Shown here in pieces: positions 35,260-49,152 of a DNA stretch of 64,000 bases (position 1 is the stretch's first letter; the number at the start of each line of letters is the position of its first letter). This DNA is from Carcharhinus longimanus (lineage: Eukaryota): the NCBI GenBank assembly GCA_030264375.1, contig JASCQW010000032.1:33553935-33617934 (forward strand). Reading direction: 5' to 3'. A model generated the notes under the pieces. The model did no database searches. It was given only the letters and a program-made list of their open reading frames with translations, and was not told where the DNA came from. The translations under genes and the position numbers were made by a program.

Positions 35260-38200
35260 TTTCTGCTTGTTTGTTAGCTTTTGGTGCGACAGTCTGTCAT
35301 GGCATGTGCTGTCTGCCCTAAGGCAGGTCTTTGACTCATTATCTGCTGATGCTTCATCCCGAGCCTTTTTTTTGGCAGTTTTTGTGGTGGAAAAACCTGG
35401 CATTAGTCTCAAAGCTTTTCCATGCACTTCAAAGGATAATGGTCCGTGTAGATTAGGGCTTATGATGCCTTTTTCCAAATACAGACCTTGAATTGCTGAG
35501 GAGCAAACAAAATGCCTAACATCTCTTTCTGTTTACTTAGCTTTTAGGAAAAATAGCCAATCGGGCTTTCAATTCCAGAGCGATCATCCTGGAACAGGAC
35601 TGTATATCACTTGAAGTTTAAGGCAGTTGGCTTAGGTCCATTTGTCAGGGTGGCTTTTAATTTCTCAAAAGTCTTTTGGCACACCTCTGTCCACACTAGC
35701 TTGCCAGTTTTCATTAGTAAATCATTAGGCGGGACAGCTAGAATATTAAAAAGCTTGGAAAAATTTGTAATTTAACCCACATGCTCCTAGAAGTGCAGGG
35801 TTTCTCTCTTCATTTTGGGAATGGGAAAATTCAGCAGGGTGTGCATTTTTATTTCCTGGTATAACACTTGATCTTGTCACATCACATGTCCAGGTCAAGT
35901 TACTTTTGCCTTAGCAAACTTTTAGCCAAGTTCACTCCAGGGTAATCCTTCTGTAGACCCTGAAATATGGCCACCAAGTGGTCTAAATGGTCCTTCCAGA
36001 TAGCAGTTAATATTAACAGGTTATCCAGGTGTACGGCAAGGTTGGTTCATCCAGTTGCTACTTGGCTGGCTCATCCAGCTACCTGGTTGGCTAACCTCAA
36101 AGGTTAATGGGGAATTTTTAAGGCCGAAGGATATGAGGATGTCAAAAGCCAAGATTGCTCTCATTCTGGGGGTTGTAGGGGTTTTCCTGTCTTCTTTCAA
36201 AAGGGGTGATTTTACTGGTACAAGCAGTAACCCCACCTTATCCTTATAATTCTTGATGCATGAGATTGGATATGAATTGATTCAGATCATTGGACTTACT
36301 GACTGATAGTTGACACTGAGTCATTTTGATCTTTTCAGTTTTGGGGTTGTACAAGGGAGAAAATACAGCTGCTCTGGCTGGCCTCCATTACATAAATAAT
36401 CAAGTGCTGCAGACAGTTATCTGACAAGATGTAGCTTGTCAGGGCTGTCAGTAGGGATTTTCCTTCATCAGTTGGGCACATCCCAGTTAGTTCCTACAGA
36501 TTCCTTTAAATTCCCTGAACAAGGTGATTATATAATACTGTTGCTTTTGTGGTTAATAGGACATTTAAATTTTCCAGAATTTCAATATTTGCCAATCTAG
36601 CAGTCGGAAGGTTTGACCTGGGAATCCTTTCCACCTTGTCTGACTCCCCTGGTCATCTTTTGCTATCTCTACCCGCTGGTTAACTAGATTCTCAGCTGTG
36701 ATAGTTATTTGGCATATTAAGATGCTGAGCAGTGCTTCTTTCTCCAGTCAGGGACAAGAATCAGGTAATTGATCATACTAATACTTTTGGCAGCTACTGA
36801 ATTTGGCCCCTAAAGGACCATTTGGCAGTGGCAGCAGCAGTAGGATCCATTCTCCTGGCTGGATAGTTCAGGTCTCAGTGCACCTGTCTATCTGTTCTTT
36901 CATGATTTGCAAGGAGGTTTTTTAAATGCTACTTAGCCACAGCACAGGCATCAAAAAAATCATTCCCGGAACGCGAATACATACTCCAGTATGAAGGTGT
37001 CCTCCCTGAACCGCAGAAACATTTCTTTTCACAACTTCAAAAAGTCTCACACTTCATGCTCATAAATTAATTCAAATGAGTTGAAAGCCTATGGAGTAAG
37101 GAAGCCTAAACCCTTAACCTCGTCATAAAAGGTATTCTAGGCACAAAGTCCAAATCTACTTTTATGGTTGTGATGCCAATCTAATGTCTCTGCTTTGCCA
37201 GTGGTAGGCTGATGGGCTATTCACAGGGTGTGGACAACCTCTTTTCCCCCGGTCTGACTGAATCTCTTTTGGCAGGCTGCGGTGGGTGAAGAACTGGACA
37301 AGTCCCATGCTGTGATCTTTTTGAGGGAATGGCTTCAGAATATCAGGTGGCCAGGTCCACTACCATAAGGAGATACTGACACCCTGTGGCAGCCTTACAC
37401 AACCTATCAGGATTCAAAGCATTTACCAAATGCCAGTGTGGGTTTGAGAGAAGCAATTTTAATCGTGACCTGGAGTTTTCCTATAACCTGGCAAATGTGG
37501 CAGGGTTTTGCAGTGTTTGGCCACTTGAGACCACAGGTTAGGGTTTGCTCATGTGCGCTAAATTTCTGTGGGAACCCACATACACTGCATGAACAATTTC
37601 CATATGATATTCTGGNNNNNNNNNNNNNNNNNNNNNNNNNNNNNNNNCGCCCTACCCATACACATCTGTTTGGCTCCCAGAGGGGCATTCCTACTTCATC
37701 TCAAATTTACCAATACTACTGCCTCAGAGGAGAAAGCCTGTGTTATGCATTTTAACTTGGGATCTGTCTGCTGTCTTCCATTAAGGGGGAACGGCTGAGC
37801 ACTTCCTCTTCTGCAACAGGCTTTTAAAGGTCTCAGCTAGCCAGACCTCAGGCTCATCCAGCTGGGCTTTAACAACAATTGAAAATCCTTGGAAGTTATC
37901 TTGTAGTTTTTGTTCATTTTCTCATTTGGCTTAAGGGATTAATCATCATAGAAACCCTACAGTACAGAGAGGCCCTTCAGCCCATCGAATCTGCACCAGC
38001 CACAATCCCACCCAGGCTCTACCCGCAATCCGTACATATTTTAACCCACTAATCCTCTCTAACCTATGCATCTGTGGTCAATTTTAGCATGGCCAATCAA
38101 CCTAACCCACACATCTTTGGACTGTGGGAGGAAACCCACGCAGAAACGAGGAGAATGTGCAAGCTCCACACAGACAGTGACCCAAGCCGGGAATCGAACC

Positions 38201-38520
38201 TAAGTCCCTGGAGCTGTGAAGCAGCAGTGCTAACCACTGTGCTACCCAAGGGAGACAGTACCATTTTACTGCCAATCAAATCATTCACAGCAAGAAATCT
38301 ATCCCTGTCACTAGCAGCTCAGGGACAACCCCGAGAGTGACTGGACCCAAGATAATGTTACCCTGTAGGTGGATCCAATGGAAGGGGACAAACATGCATC
38401 CATCTCCAACTCCCATGATTGGCTCGTTGGCTTACATAGAGGTATCTGGAGGAAGAGCAAGATTCTTCCTCAGCATCAGGGATACAGTGGCCCCTGTATT
38501 AGAGTAGTATCATGAACTTT
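35260..38520 (-). mobile_element. Decayed Gmr1-like Ty3/Gypsy LTR retrotransposon pol (PR-INT-RT-RH order) in zc3h15 intron 5
   Basis: Minus-strand relics in order: protease NTGATVSLML (~38.5 kb); integrase CHICQVIGK, QYLLMVVDLAT and QFFTHRSLPKEIQSDRG...SAYH (37.6-37.2 kb); RT NSYPIS...DKVG, FGLKNSPLTF and VNLAKS..AKAKVT.LGHV (36.3-35.87 kb); weak RNase H-like remnant (~35.3-35.6 kb). Confidence 0.75.
37946..38247 (-). mobile_element. HE1-type SINE inserted into the Gmr1-like relic
   Basis: Reverse-complement SINE lying between the protease and integrase relics. Confidence 0.85.
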
Positions 38521-39138
38521 GTTGTTTCCTTGGAGGGGTACAGGGACAATGCCCTTTGAAGGATGAAACTCAAGTCTTGGTAATTTTTCTAAGTATTCTG
38601 GAACTGTTTGTGGTATGCCTCCATCAAGAGTTCATAGGCACTAAAAATAGAAGCTTTCCTGTACTTACAACTGGCAGAATCGTCAGTGCACAACAGGAAA
38701 TAAACCTTACAGAACTTTCTTTTTAAGTAATCTCACACCAGGAGAGTCCAGAACTCCCAGGTGACTTTAATTGATCTGCCAGCTCTTCAAAGATTAAGAA
38801 AATTGCCACATCCTTTTCCTCAAACTCAGGCACAAGTCAGGAGTACTTTGATTTCCTAAAGTTTATGAGCTATGCAAATTTGAATTACCAGCAGAAACAC
38901 CACTCAATAGCATGTTCCAAACCAGTGATCTCTTCCACCTTGAAGGACAAGGGCAGCAAGTGCATGAGAACACCATTAGATGCAAGTTTCCATCCAAACA
39001 TGCACCATCTGAATTTGGAACTATATCACTGTTTCTTCACTGTCAAAGGCAAGATCATGGAACTCCCTGACTGTGGGTATACCTACACCATGTGGATTAC
39101 AGCAATTCAAGAAGGCAGTTTATCACTTCTGAGGGCAA

Positions 39139-40391
39139 TTAGGGATTAACCATAAATGCTGGCCTAACCCGTGACATCCACACCCAGTGAAGAAACAAAA
39201 GGTATGTAATTTCTTGGAGGGTTTCAATGGTTTAAGATTGAAAGGATGATCTTGTAAAGTGAAGGTTCACAATAGGTTGTTACGTTTCTTGTGGTCAAAA
39301 AGCTAAGAGGCTGGTTCTCAGGCAAAATTTAAACTGGAAAAGTTTTTTTGCGGAGGGAGGTGCAGCACTGGGGATGGAATCCTTCTCACTATTAAGGTAT
39401 CCTTCTTTCAAGATACTGCTGATGCCATGGCTGCTTGATGATTCATGTGGTCTGGCTTTTGACCAACTGATGACTAACCTAGCTGATTTTTAAAAGCAGA
39501 AAAAAAACAAGTGGCTTTTCACAGATCACATCATTGTCCAAATATGGGGTAATGTGTATTTTGATTTCACATCTTGTGTGGTGGGTTTTGATCCCTTCTT
39601 TCAGTTTGAGATACACAGCAAAGAATACTGATAATTTCTTAGCATTCTGTGTCAGTTCATGCTTAAACAAAGATGTGCAAATTCCTCAGATGGCTGTGAA
39701 TGTCCATATTAATTAGGCATATTGCTGTGACTTGCCATTCCCTGCAGTTCAAATGCCAACTGCAAAATGATTTATAACAGCCATTTTAATAGCTTGTCTG
39801 TGTCCAGCTTTTAGGACAAAACTGATTGTGCCCACAATGTCATGAACTATGATAGAGTTGGATCAGTGTGTGGTGAGCCATGTGAATGGGTTGGAACTAG
39901 GCCAGGTTAAAGGATGGTCCTTTATAGCACATTGGAGGGAAAGATCAAAATAACGCAGCAGATGACTTTGATGAAAAGCTTGATGGGACAGTACACAGGA
40001 GAGCAAAGGTGAACATGCGCATCAAGATGGTGGTGCATATCTTTCAGTCAATGAGCCTGGAGGACTCTACCCCTTTTCCATACATCGTGCAGACCATGAA
40101 GCACTGCAACTACTACCCCACGCCCGTTGCTCACTTACAACTCTGGGTGGCCTTCTGTGAAAATGCAGCAACATGCTCTGACAAACCCAGGAACTCACTG
40201 TACCTCCAAAATAGCTCAAAATAGGGATTAGCCATAAATGCCAGCCTAACCCGTGACATCTCAACACCCAGTGAAGGAATAAAAGGTATGTCATTTCTTG
40301 GATGGTTACAATGGTTTAAGGTTGAAAGAATGATCTTGTAAAGTGAAGGTTCACAACAGATGTTACGTTTCTTGTAGTCAAAAGCTAAGAG
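39139..40391 (+). repeat. ~170-bp direct duplication (39139-39309 and 40222-40391)
   Basis: Both copies read AGGGATTA.CCATAAATGC...GATCTTGTAAAGTGAAGGTTCACAA...AAAGCTAAGAG, with scattered mismatches. Confidence 0.9.
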
Positions 40392-40682
40392 CTAATTGCC
40401 CTCAAAATACCTCAGTATTGTAGTACAAAAGTTCCTTTAAATAACATGAGTGCAATGACCATCTTTACAGATGCTTGCAGAGTGAACTATGAACAAGCTG
40501 TCTGCACGTACATCATACAAATTTGGATTGTGTGTCACAACATTAAGATCGCAGTAAATCAAAACTTTCCAGCTCACATAGGGGTTGCAATGCCGAACTG
40601 ATTTTAAAAACAATGTTTAGTCTCCAAACTGCCCCTTAAGTGGCACCACGCAAAGAATTTCTAGCCCTTAATATATACTTAC

Positions 40683-40768
40683 TATTACAGTTTTTTTCTG
40701 TTCTGCGTCACCATGTTTCTTTTGCACGACCTCTTCCAGTTTTCTCACATCCCAATTCTCCATCGTGT
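40683..40768 (-). CDS. zc3h15: ZC3H15-like exon 5 ([29 protein letters not shown])
   Basis: Acceptor catcttag|AC, donor ATA|gtaagt; 86 bp, phase 1 to 0; matches [20 protein letters not shown]. Confidence 0.95.
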
Positions 40769-41149
40769 CTAAGATGAAAAAGTAAATATATCTAATGAAG
40801 ATCAAATATTAACAAAAATGTTAAAAGGATCAACCCAACATTTAAATATATTTATAAACAGAAACAATGAGAACTATAAATATTTAACCTGCATTCCAAT
40901 TTGTGTTTACATTTGAAGATTAAGAAAAATGGAAAGGGCTTCTGATACGTAGTTAAAATGTTAACACGGAAATTGAAGCAACTCACATCAGCACACACTG
41001 CATTTCAACTGACAAAGCACTGTGCAAAACTTGATTTCAGTAAAATCGTTCTCTCGTCATCCAAGGAACTCTGAATCAGTTTGCCCTACCTATCTTTCTC
41101 TTTTGAGGGAATATACTTTGACTGCGCATCAAAGAACAGATGGTCCAGG

Positions 41150-42110
41150 CACAGTCAATGTATATCCTTGAAAGGGAAAGGCAATCCCTCAATGAGAAAA
41201 GAGAAAGAAAATCAGATAAGAAAGAAACAGTATGCTTATGACATCAGGTAGAAAATACCTGATGTCATAAAGGTGGTTCAATGGGAGGTAAAAACACATA
41301 TGAGAAGAAAATGGAAGACTGAAAGTAGACTGAAAGCCAACACAAAAGGAAATCCTGAAGTCTTTTATAGGCACATAGAGTAATATGATGGTTTGAGAAC
41401 TAGGGTCAGTGACCAAAAGGGGATTTACGCATGGAGGTAGAGTGCGTAACTGAGGTAATAAATGAATACTTTGCATCTACCTTTACCAAGGAAGAAAATG
41501 CTGGTCGGGTCATAGGGAAAGAGGAGGCAATTCAGACATTAGAAGGATTTAAAATTGATAAGTATTAGAGCTATCTGCACACTGATAAGGCACAAGGAGT
41601 GGATGAGATACATCCAAATATACTGAGGGAAGTGAGAATGAAAACTGCAGAAGCACTGGACAAAATTTTTCAGTTATCCTTAGACTCAGTAGTGGAGCAC
41701 TGCAAACATTTACACCTTTGTTTAGAAAAGGGCATAAAAATATGCCCAGCAAACACAAACCAGTCAATTTACCTTCAGTTGTAGAGAAATTTTTAGAAAC
41801 AGTAATTACAGACTAGCTTGGTCTCAGCTGGGTATTGCATCCAATCCTGGGTGCTGCAATGTGGGAATGATGTGAAGGCATTGGAGAGTGTGCAAAACAT
41901 AACAGGTATGAGGAATGTTTGTTATGAACACGGATTGGAGAAGTTGGGACTGGTTTATTCGGAGAAGAGAAGGCAGAGGGGAGATCTGAAAGAGGTATTC
42001 AAAACATGAGGGATCTGGGCAGAGTAGATAGGGAGAAACTTTACCCACTTGTGCAAGGGTCAAGAAAAAAGTAATACAGATTGAAAGCAATTTGTTTACC
42101 ATGTGGAATG
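41150..42110 (+). mobile_element. CR1 LINE ORF2 fragments
   Basis: DEIHPNILREV...AEALDKIFQLSLDS; YCIQSW...LEKLGLVYSEKRRQRGDLKEVFK. Confidence 0.8.
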
Positions 42111-42769
42111 TGAGTGGGAGCTTGCGCTCACATCAAATAGGACAAGTTCCTAAGGATTTAAATGAGGCAGAAAAAGTCACCTAGTTTTGGCTAGAGGGTA
42201 GAATCTCCAGGATGATCCAAACATGGAAGTCAGGGATTAGAAGTTACCCGGCTTAAAAATGAAAAGGAAGCAAACCACTGAAGTGGAGGAGATAGCTTTG
42301 GATTGGCACCTGGGGAATGAATAAGTATCTACTTAAAGGAACAGAGTAAAGTACAACTAAAGTTATATTCACATAGTGCAGTAACTGAAGTGGGAAAGTG
42401 TAATTCCTACATGAAAATCTTTCTCAGTTTCAACACCCATTATATATTCTACTGAAACGAAGTGTTCCACACCAACAACAGTATTTAATGAACAATGTGT
42501 GAAATACATTAGATGAGTGTTGAAATGGGGAAAACAGCATATATTCCAAAAAGCAAACAAAACAAAAAGAAACATTAGAAATGGAGATTAGTCTGCTTGT
42601 TGAACTGAAAAATTGCATAGAAATTATTGCATATATCCTTATAAGGCAAACACATTTACAGCATGACAGATATAAACTGGAGCTGTAAACATGTTTAGAA
42701 GATGGATGGAAACTTCTCATAGATAACAGCAAAATATTGCCAAGGCTGGAATCTGCAACAAAACTTTAA

Positions 42770-43044
42770 ACTAGAAAGGTTGGGGGGAGGGAGCAGAGAT
42801 GAGGAGACTGAGACCGAGGAGGTTAGCTTCCGGGTAGGGAAGGACTGTAGACAGTATGAGGAGGAGGTTAGATGGGTGGTGGAGAAGAGAAATATCCAGA
42901 CTGAGGGGCTGAGGTGTGTCTATTTTAACGCCAGGAGTGTAGTAAATAAGGTAGATGAGCTTAGGGCATGGATTGCTGCTTGGGAATGTGATGTGGTGGC
43001 CATTACAGAGACTTGGATATCTCAGGGACAGGACTGGGTACTTC
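42770..43044 (+). mobile_element. CR1 LINE endonuclease N-terminus
   Basis: LRCVYFNARSVVNKVDELRAWI...DVVAITETWISQGQDW; stops at a gap. Confidence 0.85.
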
Positions 43045-43326
43045 ANNNNNNNNNNNNNNNNNNNNNNNNNNNNNNNNNNNNNNNNNNNNNNNNNNNNNNN
43101 NNNNNNNNNNNNNNNNNNNNNNNNNNNNNNNNNNNNNNNNNNNNNTAAAAACAGAAAATGCTGGAAGATCTGACACGAGGTACCAGACAACCCCTCTGAG
43201 TCTAAGGATAACTGAAAAATTATGTCCAGCGCCTCCCCAACTTCTGTTCTCATTTCCCTCAGTACATTTGGATGCTTCTCATCCAGTCCACGTGCCTCCT
43301 GTTTGTGGGGGGAAGAGGAGACAAAT

Positions 43327-43626
43327 GGTGGCACAGTGGTTGGCACTGCTGTCTCACAGTGCCAGGGACCTGGGTTCAATTCGCAGTTTGGGTCACTGCT
43401 TGTGTTGAGTTTACATGTTTGCCCCATGTCTGCATGGATTTCCTCCGGGTGTTCCGGTATCCTCTGACTGTCCAAAGGTGTGCTGGTTAGGTGAATTGGC
43501 CATACTAAATTCTTCCTCAGTGTACCTGAACAGGTGCTGGAGTGTGGCCACTAGGGGATTTTCACAGTAATTTCATTGCAGTGTGAATATAAGCCGACTC
43601 GTGGCTAATAAATAAATTTTACTTTA
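43327..43626 (+). mobile_element. tRNA-SINE subfamily with AATAAA tail
   Basis: Same head and core, but ends GATTTTCACAGTAATTTCATTGCAGTG...AATAAATAAA. Reverse copies at ~27625-27805 and, partially, 58730-58792. Confidence 0.8.
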
Positions 43627-43900
43627 AAAGCACCTGTGGAGAGAGAATAGGGCCAATGTTTCAAGTCTGGACGACGCTTTGTCGTGTTTTCTGTATTTGA
43701 AACTTTTCATAAAGGCTAATGAGTAGGTACAAATTACTTAAAATGTTTGGTCTATAAAAGCATTCCTTAATTATGTTTAACTAAATTACAACATGCATAT
43801 AAAATCTCACTAGTTTGTATTTTACAAAGGGAACCAAATGGGAAGTTTAAATGAAAGGTGCTATAATGAACTTAAATTAACATCTGTTTTATCAACATAC

Positions 43901-44053
43901 CCTTTTCAAGCTCTTCATCCCTGGCATCTACATACATACTACGCTTTTCACTCTTCCTTTCCAGGCTGAGGTCGTGTGAAAACTTGCATTTGTCACCCTT
44001 AGTACATTGGCCTTGCTTGAAAAAAGCGCAGACCACAGATTTGGGATCTGCCC
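43901..44053 (-). CDS. zc3h15: ZC3H15-like exon 4, first CCCH zinc finger ([33 protein letters not shown]...)
   Basis: Acceptor cttctag|GG, donor AAGG|gtatgt; 153 bp, phase 1 to 1; C-x7-C-x5-C-x3-H finger. Confidence 0.97.
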
Positions 44054-46199
44054 CTAGAAGAAAAAGCAAACAGAAGTCATAATTTGTCGTATTAATTTTT
44101 ACTCTTACTTGACATTTCATTTTAAAAAATATTTTATTTGAGATAGAGTAATTTAAGATACTAGGACATAATCAAGTATAACAGCCAAGACAATATTCTG
44201 ACAGTGCCAGTGCCACCTTGAAATGTATACTGATCCTCTACAATCACTGAAACCTTAAAGTATCTGGCCTAGATTAGCATAGTCAGACATAAAATTCCAA
44301 TGGCACCCTCTGATCCCATTTTCAATTCTCTTTGCAATACATTTTCTTTTTTTGAGCTTTTCCCTTTGCTTAATTATATTACATTAGGATTACATCATCA
44401 GTAACCTCACCAGGGATTTGAGACCAAGCACAAAGCAACCATTGAAAATTCAAGTTCAATTCAGCTAAACAATGCATGTACTTTACATCAGGGTAAATGT
44501 ACTAGGAACTTAAAAGCTGCAAATTATGCAACAAGGCTGATCTTTGCTTAGGCTGGGAGCAGGTTACAACTTAAAAGGGGAATAAACTAAGGGTGGGAGT
44601 TGGGAAGAGGGTGTGGGTGGAAAGTACAGAGGGGGTACTCTTTGAACAAATTATTCCTCTCCTGTTATGTTCAACAAAATACTGTACAGCAAAAATTTCC
44701 AACTCTTAAAAAAGAAATCACTCTTAGTACTGACTTGGGGGATGAGGACCTCAATTTGGAATGCTCTCTATCCTATGCTGTTCTATTCAGAGGTGCCAGT
44801 GTAAATCAATTCAAAAGCCTCATCACTGCTGTTAATCCCAGAAGAATCTACGAAAAGTTCTCCACAAATGTGATAAAACTTATCAATTATTTTACTATAT
44901 GGACTTCCAACCAAATTATCCCATTACAAATAAGGACAATTTCTACTTCTTGTACACAGCAAGTATATTTCATTCAATTACATGATTTTTAAACATTTAC
45001 AAAGTACATTAAATACAAAAGGTTAAGATAGCATCAAGAACATCAACTTAAAATTGTCAGTAACACGCATTTGTCATTACTCGATGAAAGAGGTCAGTAC
45101 TATCTTGAAAAAATACCTATCCTAGATCAGCAAAAAGTTAATTTCAAATAATCAGAAATACCGTTCTATTGTTATCCCCCAATCTCATTTCTGATTTGCT
45201 TTGTAATACATTTAGTTATTTTAATTTTTTTTTGGTTTTCTTATTTTCAACAAAATGGTTCACGTCTGGCAATGGCTGCTGTAGTTTCTGATTCAGGTCA
45301 CTGTATGACAGGGCAATTCCTATACTGCAATACTATAGTCCTCAAAACTACTGTTGTTTTCTGCCTCTGTCCAGAAACATTATTGATTTGCAAGAGCAAT
45401 AAGAGAATCATGCACAGAGCAATGCAAAATACACATTAATGAATAAATGAGTTACGATGTAGCTAGTGGCAAGAATCCAATATTGTAAAACTGCTTACAG
45501 AGAAACTTAAATCAAATGTTTGTCATGGTTAAAATGATGGACCTTTATTTTGTTATTATGTGATGGAACTGTCCAGAATTCTCAGCATTATCACAAACAT
45601 ACAGCATGTGCTTTTCTTTAGGGGTAGGGCCGGAGTGTGGGAGCAGCAGAGGATTTTGGATGTTAGTGCATCCTTTGTAATAATGTAGTTAATGTCACCA
45701 GCTGATTTCTGAAACACATCTCTCTCCCTACCAAATCTGTGCAGGTCTATGAAGAACTGAAGAGTCAGAAACACTGATATGGTGCACTATTCCTGCTGGC
45801 CCAATGTCCTGCGATGCTGCCTTGCAGTTGCTGCTGAAATAGGAGAAAAAAAAACACAATGTGGGAAACAGACATGAAAGATAGTGTAATAATTGGGGAA
45901 GATACAAGNNNNNNNNNNNNNNNNNNNNNNNNNNNNNNNNNNNNNNNNNNNNNNNNNNNNNNNNNNNNNNNNNNNNNNNNNNNNNNNNNNNNNNNNNNNN
46001 NNNNNNNNCACAATGTGGGAAACAGACATGAAAGAGAGTGTAATAATTGGGGAAGATACAAGGCAAGTCAGAGAGCGTGGGCTTGAGGAAAAACAGTGCT
46101 GGAGACCAACAGGTAAAAGTTGGTGACTGGGAGTCAGCAGAGGACAGAGTGAGCACTGCAAAAACATATCAATAAAGAAATCAAGGAATAAAATCACAG

Positions 46200-47360
46200 G
46201 ACAGCAGGAGATGGTTAGCTATTTGGAGAATGGGCACCTGAAGGAATTTAGTGGTGGAGTACCAGTGTGAAGTGAGTGCGTCAGGAAACTTGGTAATAAA
46301 ACTAAAAGTAATGTCAGTACAAGGGAAGGTGCTGATTGGCAAATAGCTAGTGAGATTCTTAAAAATATAAATCTTTAATATTTCTAAGTCTAATAGTCTA
46401 AGAGGGACATGGCAGTTTACCACAGGACGTGGAATGTACAGCATGATTTTTGAGAGAATTCCAGGATGTTCCACATGTCTGGAGAACAAGAATTGGCTGA
46501 GCGGCAGGAAGCAGAGGGGATGATGTTTTTCTGACCTGAAGCTCATGTCCAGTGGGGTCCTGCAGGAATCAGTGTTGGGCCCCTTGATGTTTGTGGTTTA
46601 TACAAATGATTTAGACTGCAATGTTAGAGGGTTGATACATAAATTTGCAGACGATGCAAAAATTGGTGGGGTAGCAAATTGCGAGGAGGATAGTCTTATT
46701 TTAGAGGAGGATATAAATGGGATGGACAGGTGGGCTGATTGAATTCCATTTTCCACCAATCTGGATAAGTGTGAAGTGATGCATTTGGGTAGGACAAAAA
46801 AGGAATACATGAACAGGGAAGGGAGGTTCTTCTGGAACTACATAAAATGTTGATTAGGTCACAGTTAGAGTATTGTGGAGAGTTCTGGAAACCACATTAT
46901 GGGAGGAATGTGTTAGCACCGGAAAGGGTGCAGAGAAGATTTATCAGGGCGATGCCTGGGCTATAGAGTTTTAATTATGAAGAGAGATTGGATAGCCTAG
47001 AGTTGCTTTCCTTGGAGCAGAGGAGACCGAGAGAGAACATGATTGAGATGTATAATATTATGAGACACGGTAGACAAGAAGAAATTTTTACCCCATGGTG
47101 GAGGGAACAATGATCAAGGGCACAGCTTTAAGCTAACGGGCAAGAGGTTTAGAGGGCCTATGAGGAAAAACCTTTTCTACAGAGTGGTGGACTTCTGGAA
47201 ATCACTGCCCGGAAGGGAGGTGGAGACAGTGACCCTCATAACATTTAAGAAGCCAAGGCTATGGACAAAGTGCTGGAAAAGACAGCAGAATATTTGGGTA
47301 ATTTGTTTTTGACTGGCAGTTGCAATGAGTCAAAGGGCCTTTTTCTGTGCTGTAGACCTT
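46200..47360 (+). mobile_element. CR1 LINE reverse transcriptase and 3' end
   Basis: SGVLQESVLGPLMFVVYTNDLD...KFADDAKIGG, followed by typical CR1 C-terminal motifs and 3' tail. Confidence 0.9.
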
Positions 47361-47739
47361 CATGATATGCAAAAAGTGCCATCAGCTAAAAAAAATTGAG
47401 CTCCGAGTTTTAGAATAAGGGTAGCAGTTGATGCTGCTGTGATACATTCTTGACATAGTTTAATGGATTGCATCTTTTTGGACGCAGTTGCCCTGCAGCC
47501 TAAGTTGTGCAGGCAAAGAGTGAAGGGGTGACTGCCAGGTAGTCAAGGAAGACCAAGCAAACAGTGCAGGAGTCTCCTCAGTGCATTGTGCTCTACAACA
47601 GTATTCACTTGTAAACACCTGTGTTTGTAATGATACATCGAGGGTTCAGCCCTGGTCAAGCACACAGCACCACTGGATTCCATCTTAATAAAATGCCACA
47701 TAAACTTTACTTTTGCTCGCATGTCTGTTATGAAATAAA

Positions 47740-48790
47740 ATGAAAAATGGTAGCATAGAGGTGAACTGGCTGAATGACAGAAAACAGAGCGGAGCAAAGT
47801 CTTTTTTTGGATTGGAGGAAGAGACACAATGAATTGGTGAAAGGACTGCTTCCCTGATACATATTACCAGCCTAGAGCTAGCTGTGCAGAAACAATTTCA
47901 AAATTTTCAGATGACAAAATTTGGAAGTATTGCGAACCATTGAGCAGGACAATTTTAGACTCCAGACGAACATAGGCTAGTGGAATGAGTGGACTCAGGG
48001 ACAGATTAAATTTTACACACAATGTGGAATGGTACATCTTGGTAGAAAGAATGAACAGAGGCAATACAAAATAAAGGGTACAATGGGGATGTACGTGCAC
48101 AAGTCAACGAAGATGACAGGACTGCTTGAGAAGGTAGTTAAAAAGGCATATGGGATCTTGAGCACTATAATATGAATGCACGTATAGCATGTTATGATGA
48201 ATCTTTATGAAGCTGTGGGTTTGGCCTCAACTGAAAGTGTGTCCAATTTGGGGCATTGCACTTTAGGGAAGATGCGAAGGCATTGAAAGATTGCAGAAAA
48301 GAATTGCGAAATTGGTCCCATTGATGACACACTTCAGTTATGTGAATAGGTTGGAGACATTGGGGCTATTCTCCTCAAGGGAAGGTTGAGAACAGATTTG
48401 ATAGAGATGCTCAATATCATGTGGGGTCTGGACAGAGTAGATAGAAAAAAAACTATTCTCCCTGACAGAAGGGGCAAAAAAGAGGGGACATTAGTGCAAG
48501 GCATTTGGCAAAATTATCAATGGCAGTATGACAGTATGGAGATAAACTTTATGCAGTGGATGGTTAGGAGCTCGTATACACTACTTGAGTACGTGCTGGA
48601 GGAAGATATATTAGGGAACTGGATAAGTACCCAAAGAGAAAGATTTTGTAGGACTATGGGGAAAGTAAGGCAGGGGGGTGCGGGGGAGGAGAGAGAGAGT
48701 GGGACTGAGTTGCACTTGCAGGCAGCTGTCACAAGACACAATGGTTCAAACGATCTCCTTCTGAATTGTTACCATTCCATGTGTCCGCGA
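47740..48790 (+). mobile_element. Older CR1 LINE RT 3' fragment
   Basis: KFSDDKIW-like motif and RLRTDLIEMLNIMWGLDRVD, then a CR1-type tail. Confidence 0.75.
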
Positions 48791-49152
48791 TTCTAAGTTA
48801 AAGGCTAGACCAAAGACAAAGGGGGTAGACAGGCAGACATTGATGAACAGACAGTGAAGACATGATGTAAAGTGTTCAGAAATAGGAAATGACAATGTGA
48901 GTATTTTTGCACTGTACCTTTGCTGAGTGTGCTATTAAAGGAGAGGAAATTAAAAACTGTAGTCTGTATGTTTTGAAATAATGTTGATAATTGCAGATTA
49001 GGACATCATTGATCTTGTATTTTTTTAACAATGTATTATACAATTGTTGTGCTAACGCAGCTGGATCAATAAGTCATATCTAGCTGGTAAATTATTAACT
49101 CAGACAAAATGTCAAGCTGTACTGTTTTGACCACTGGCAAAAATCAATATTT

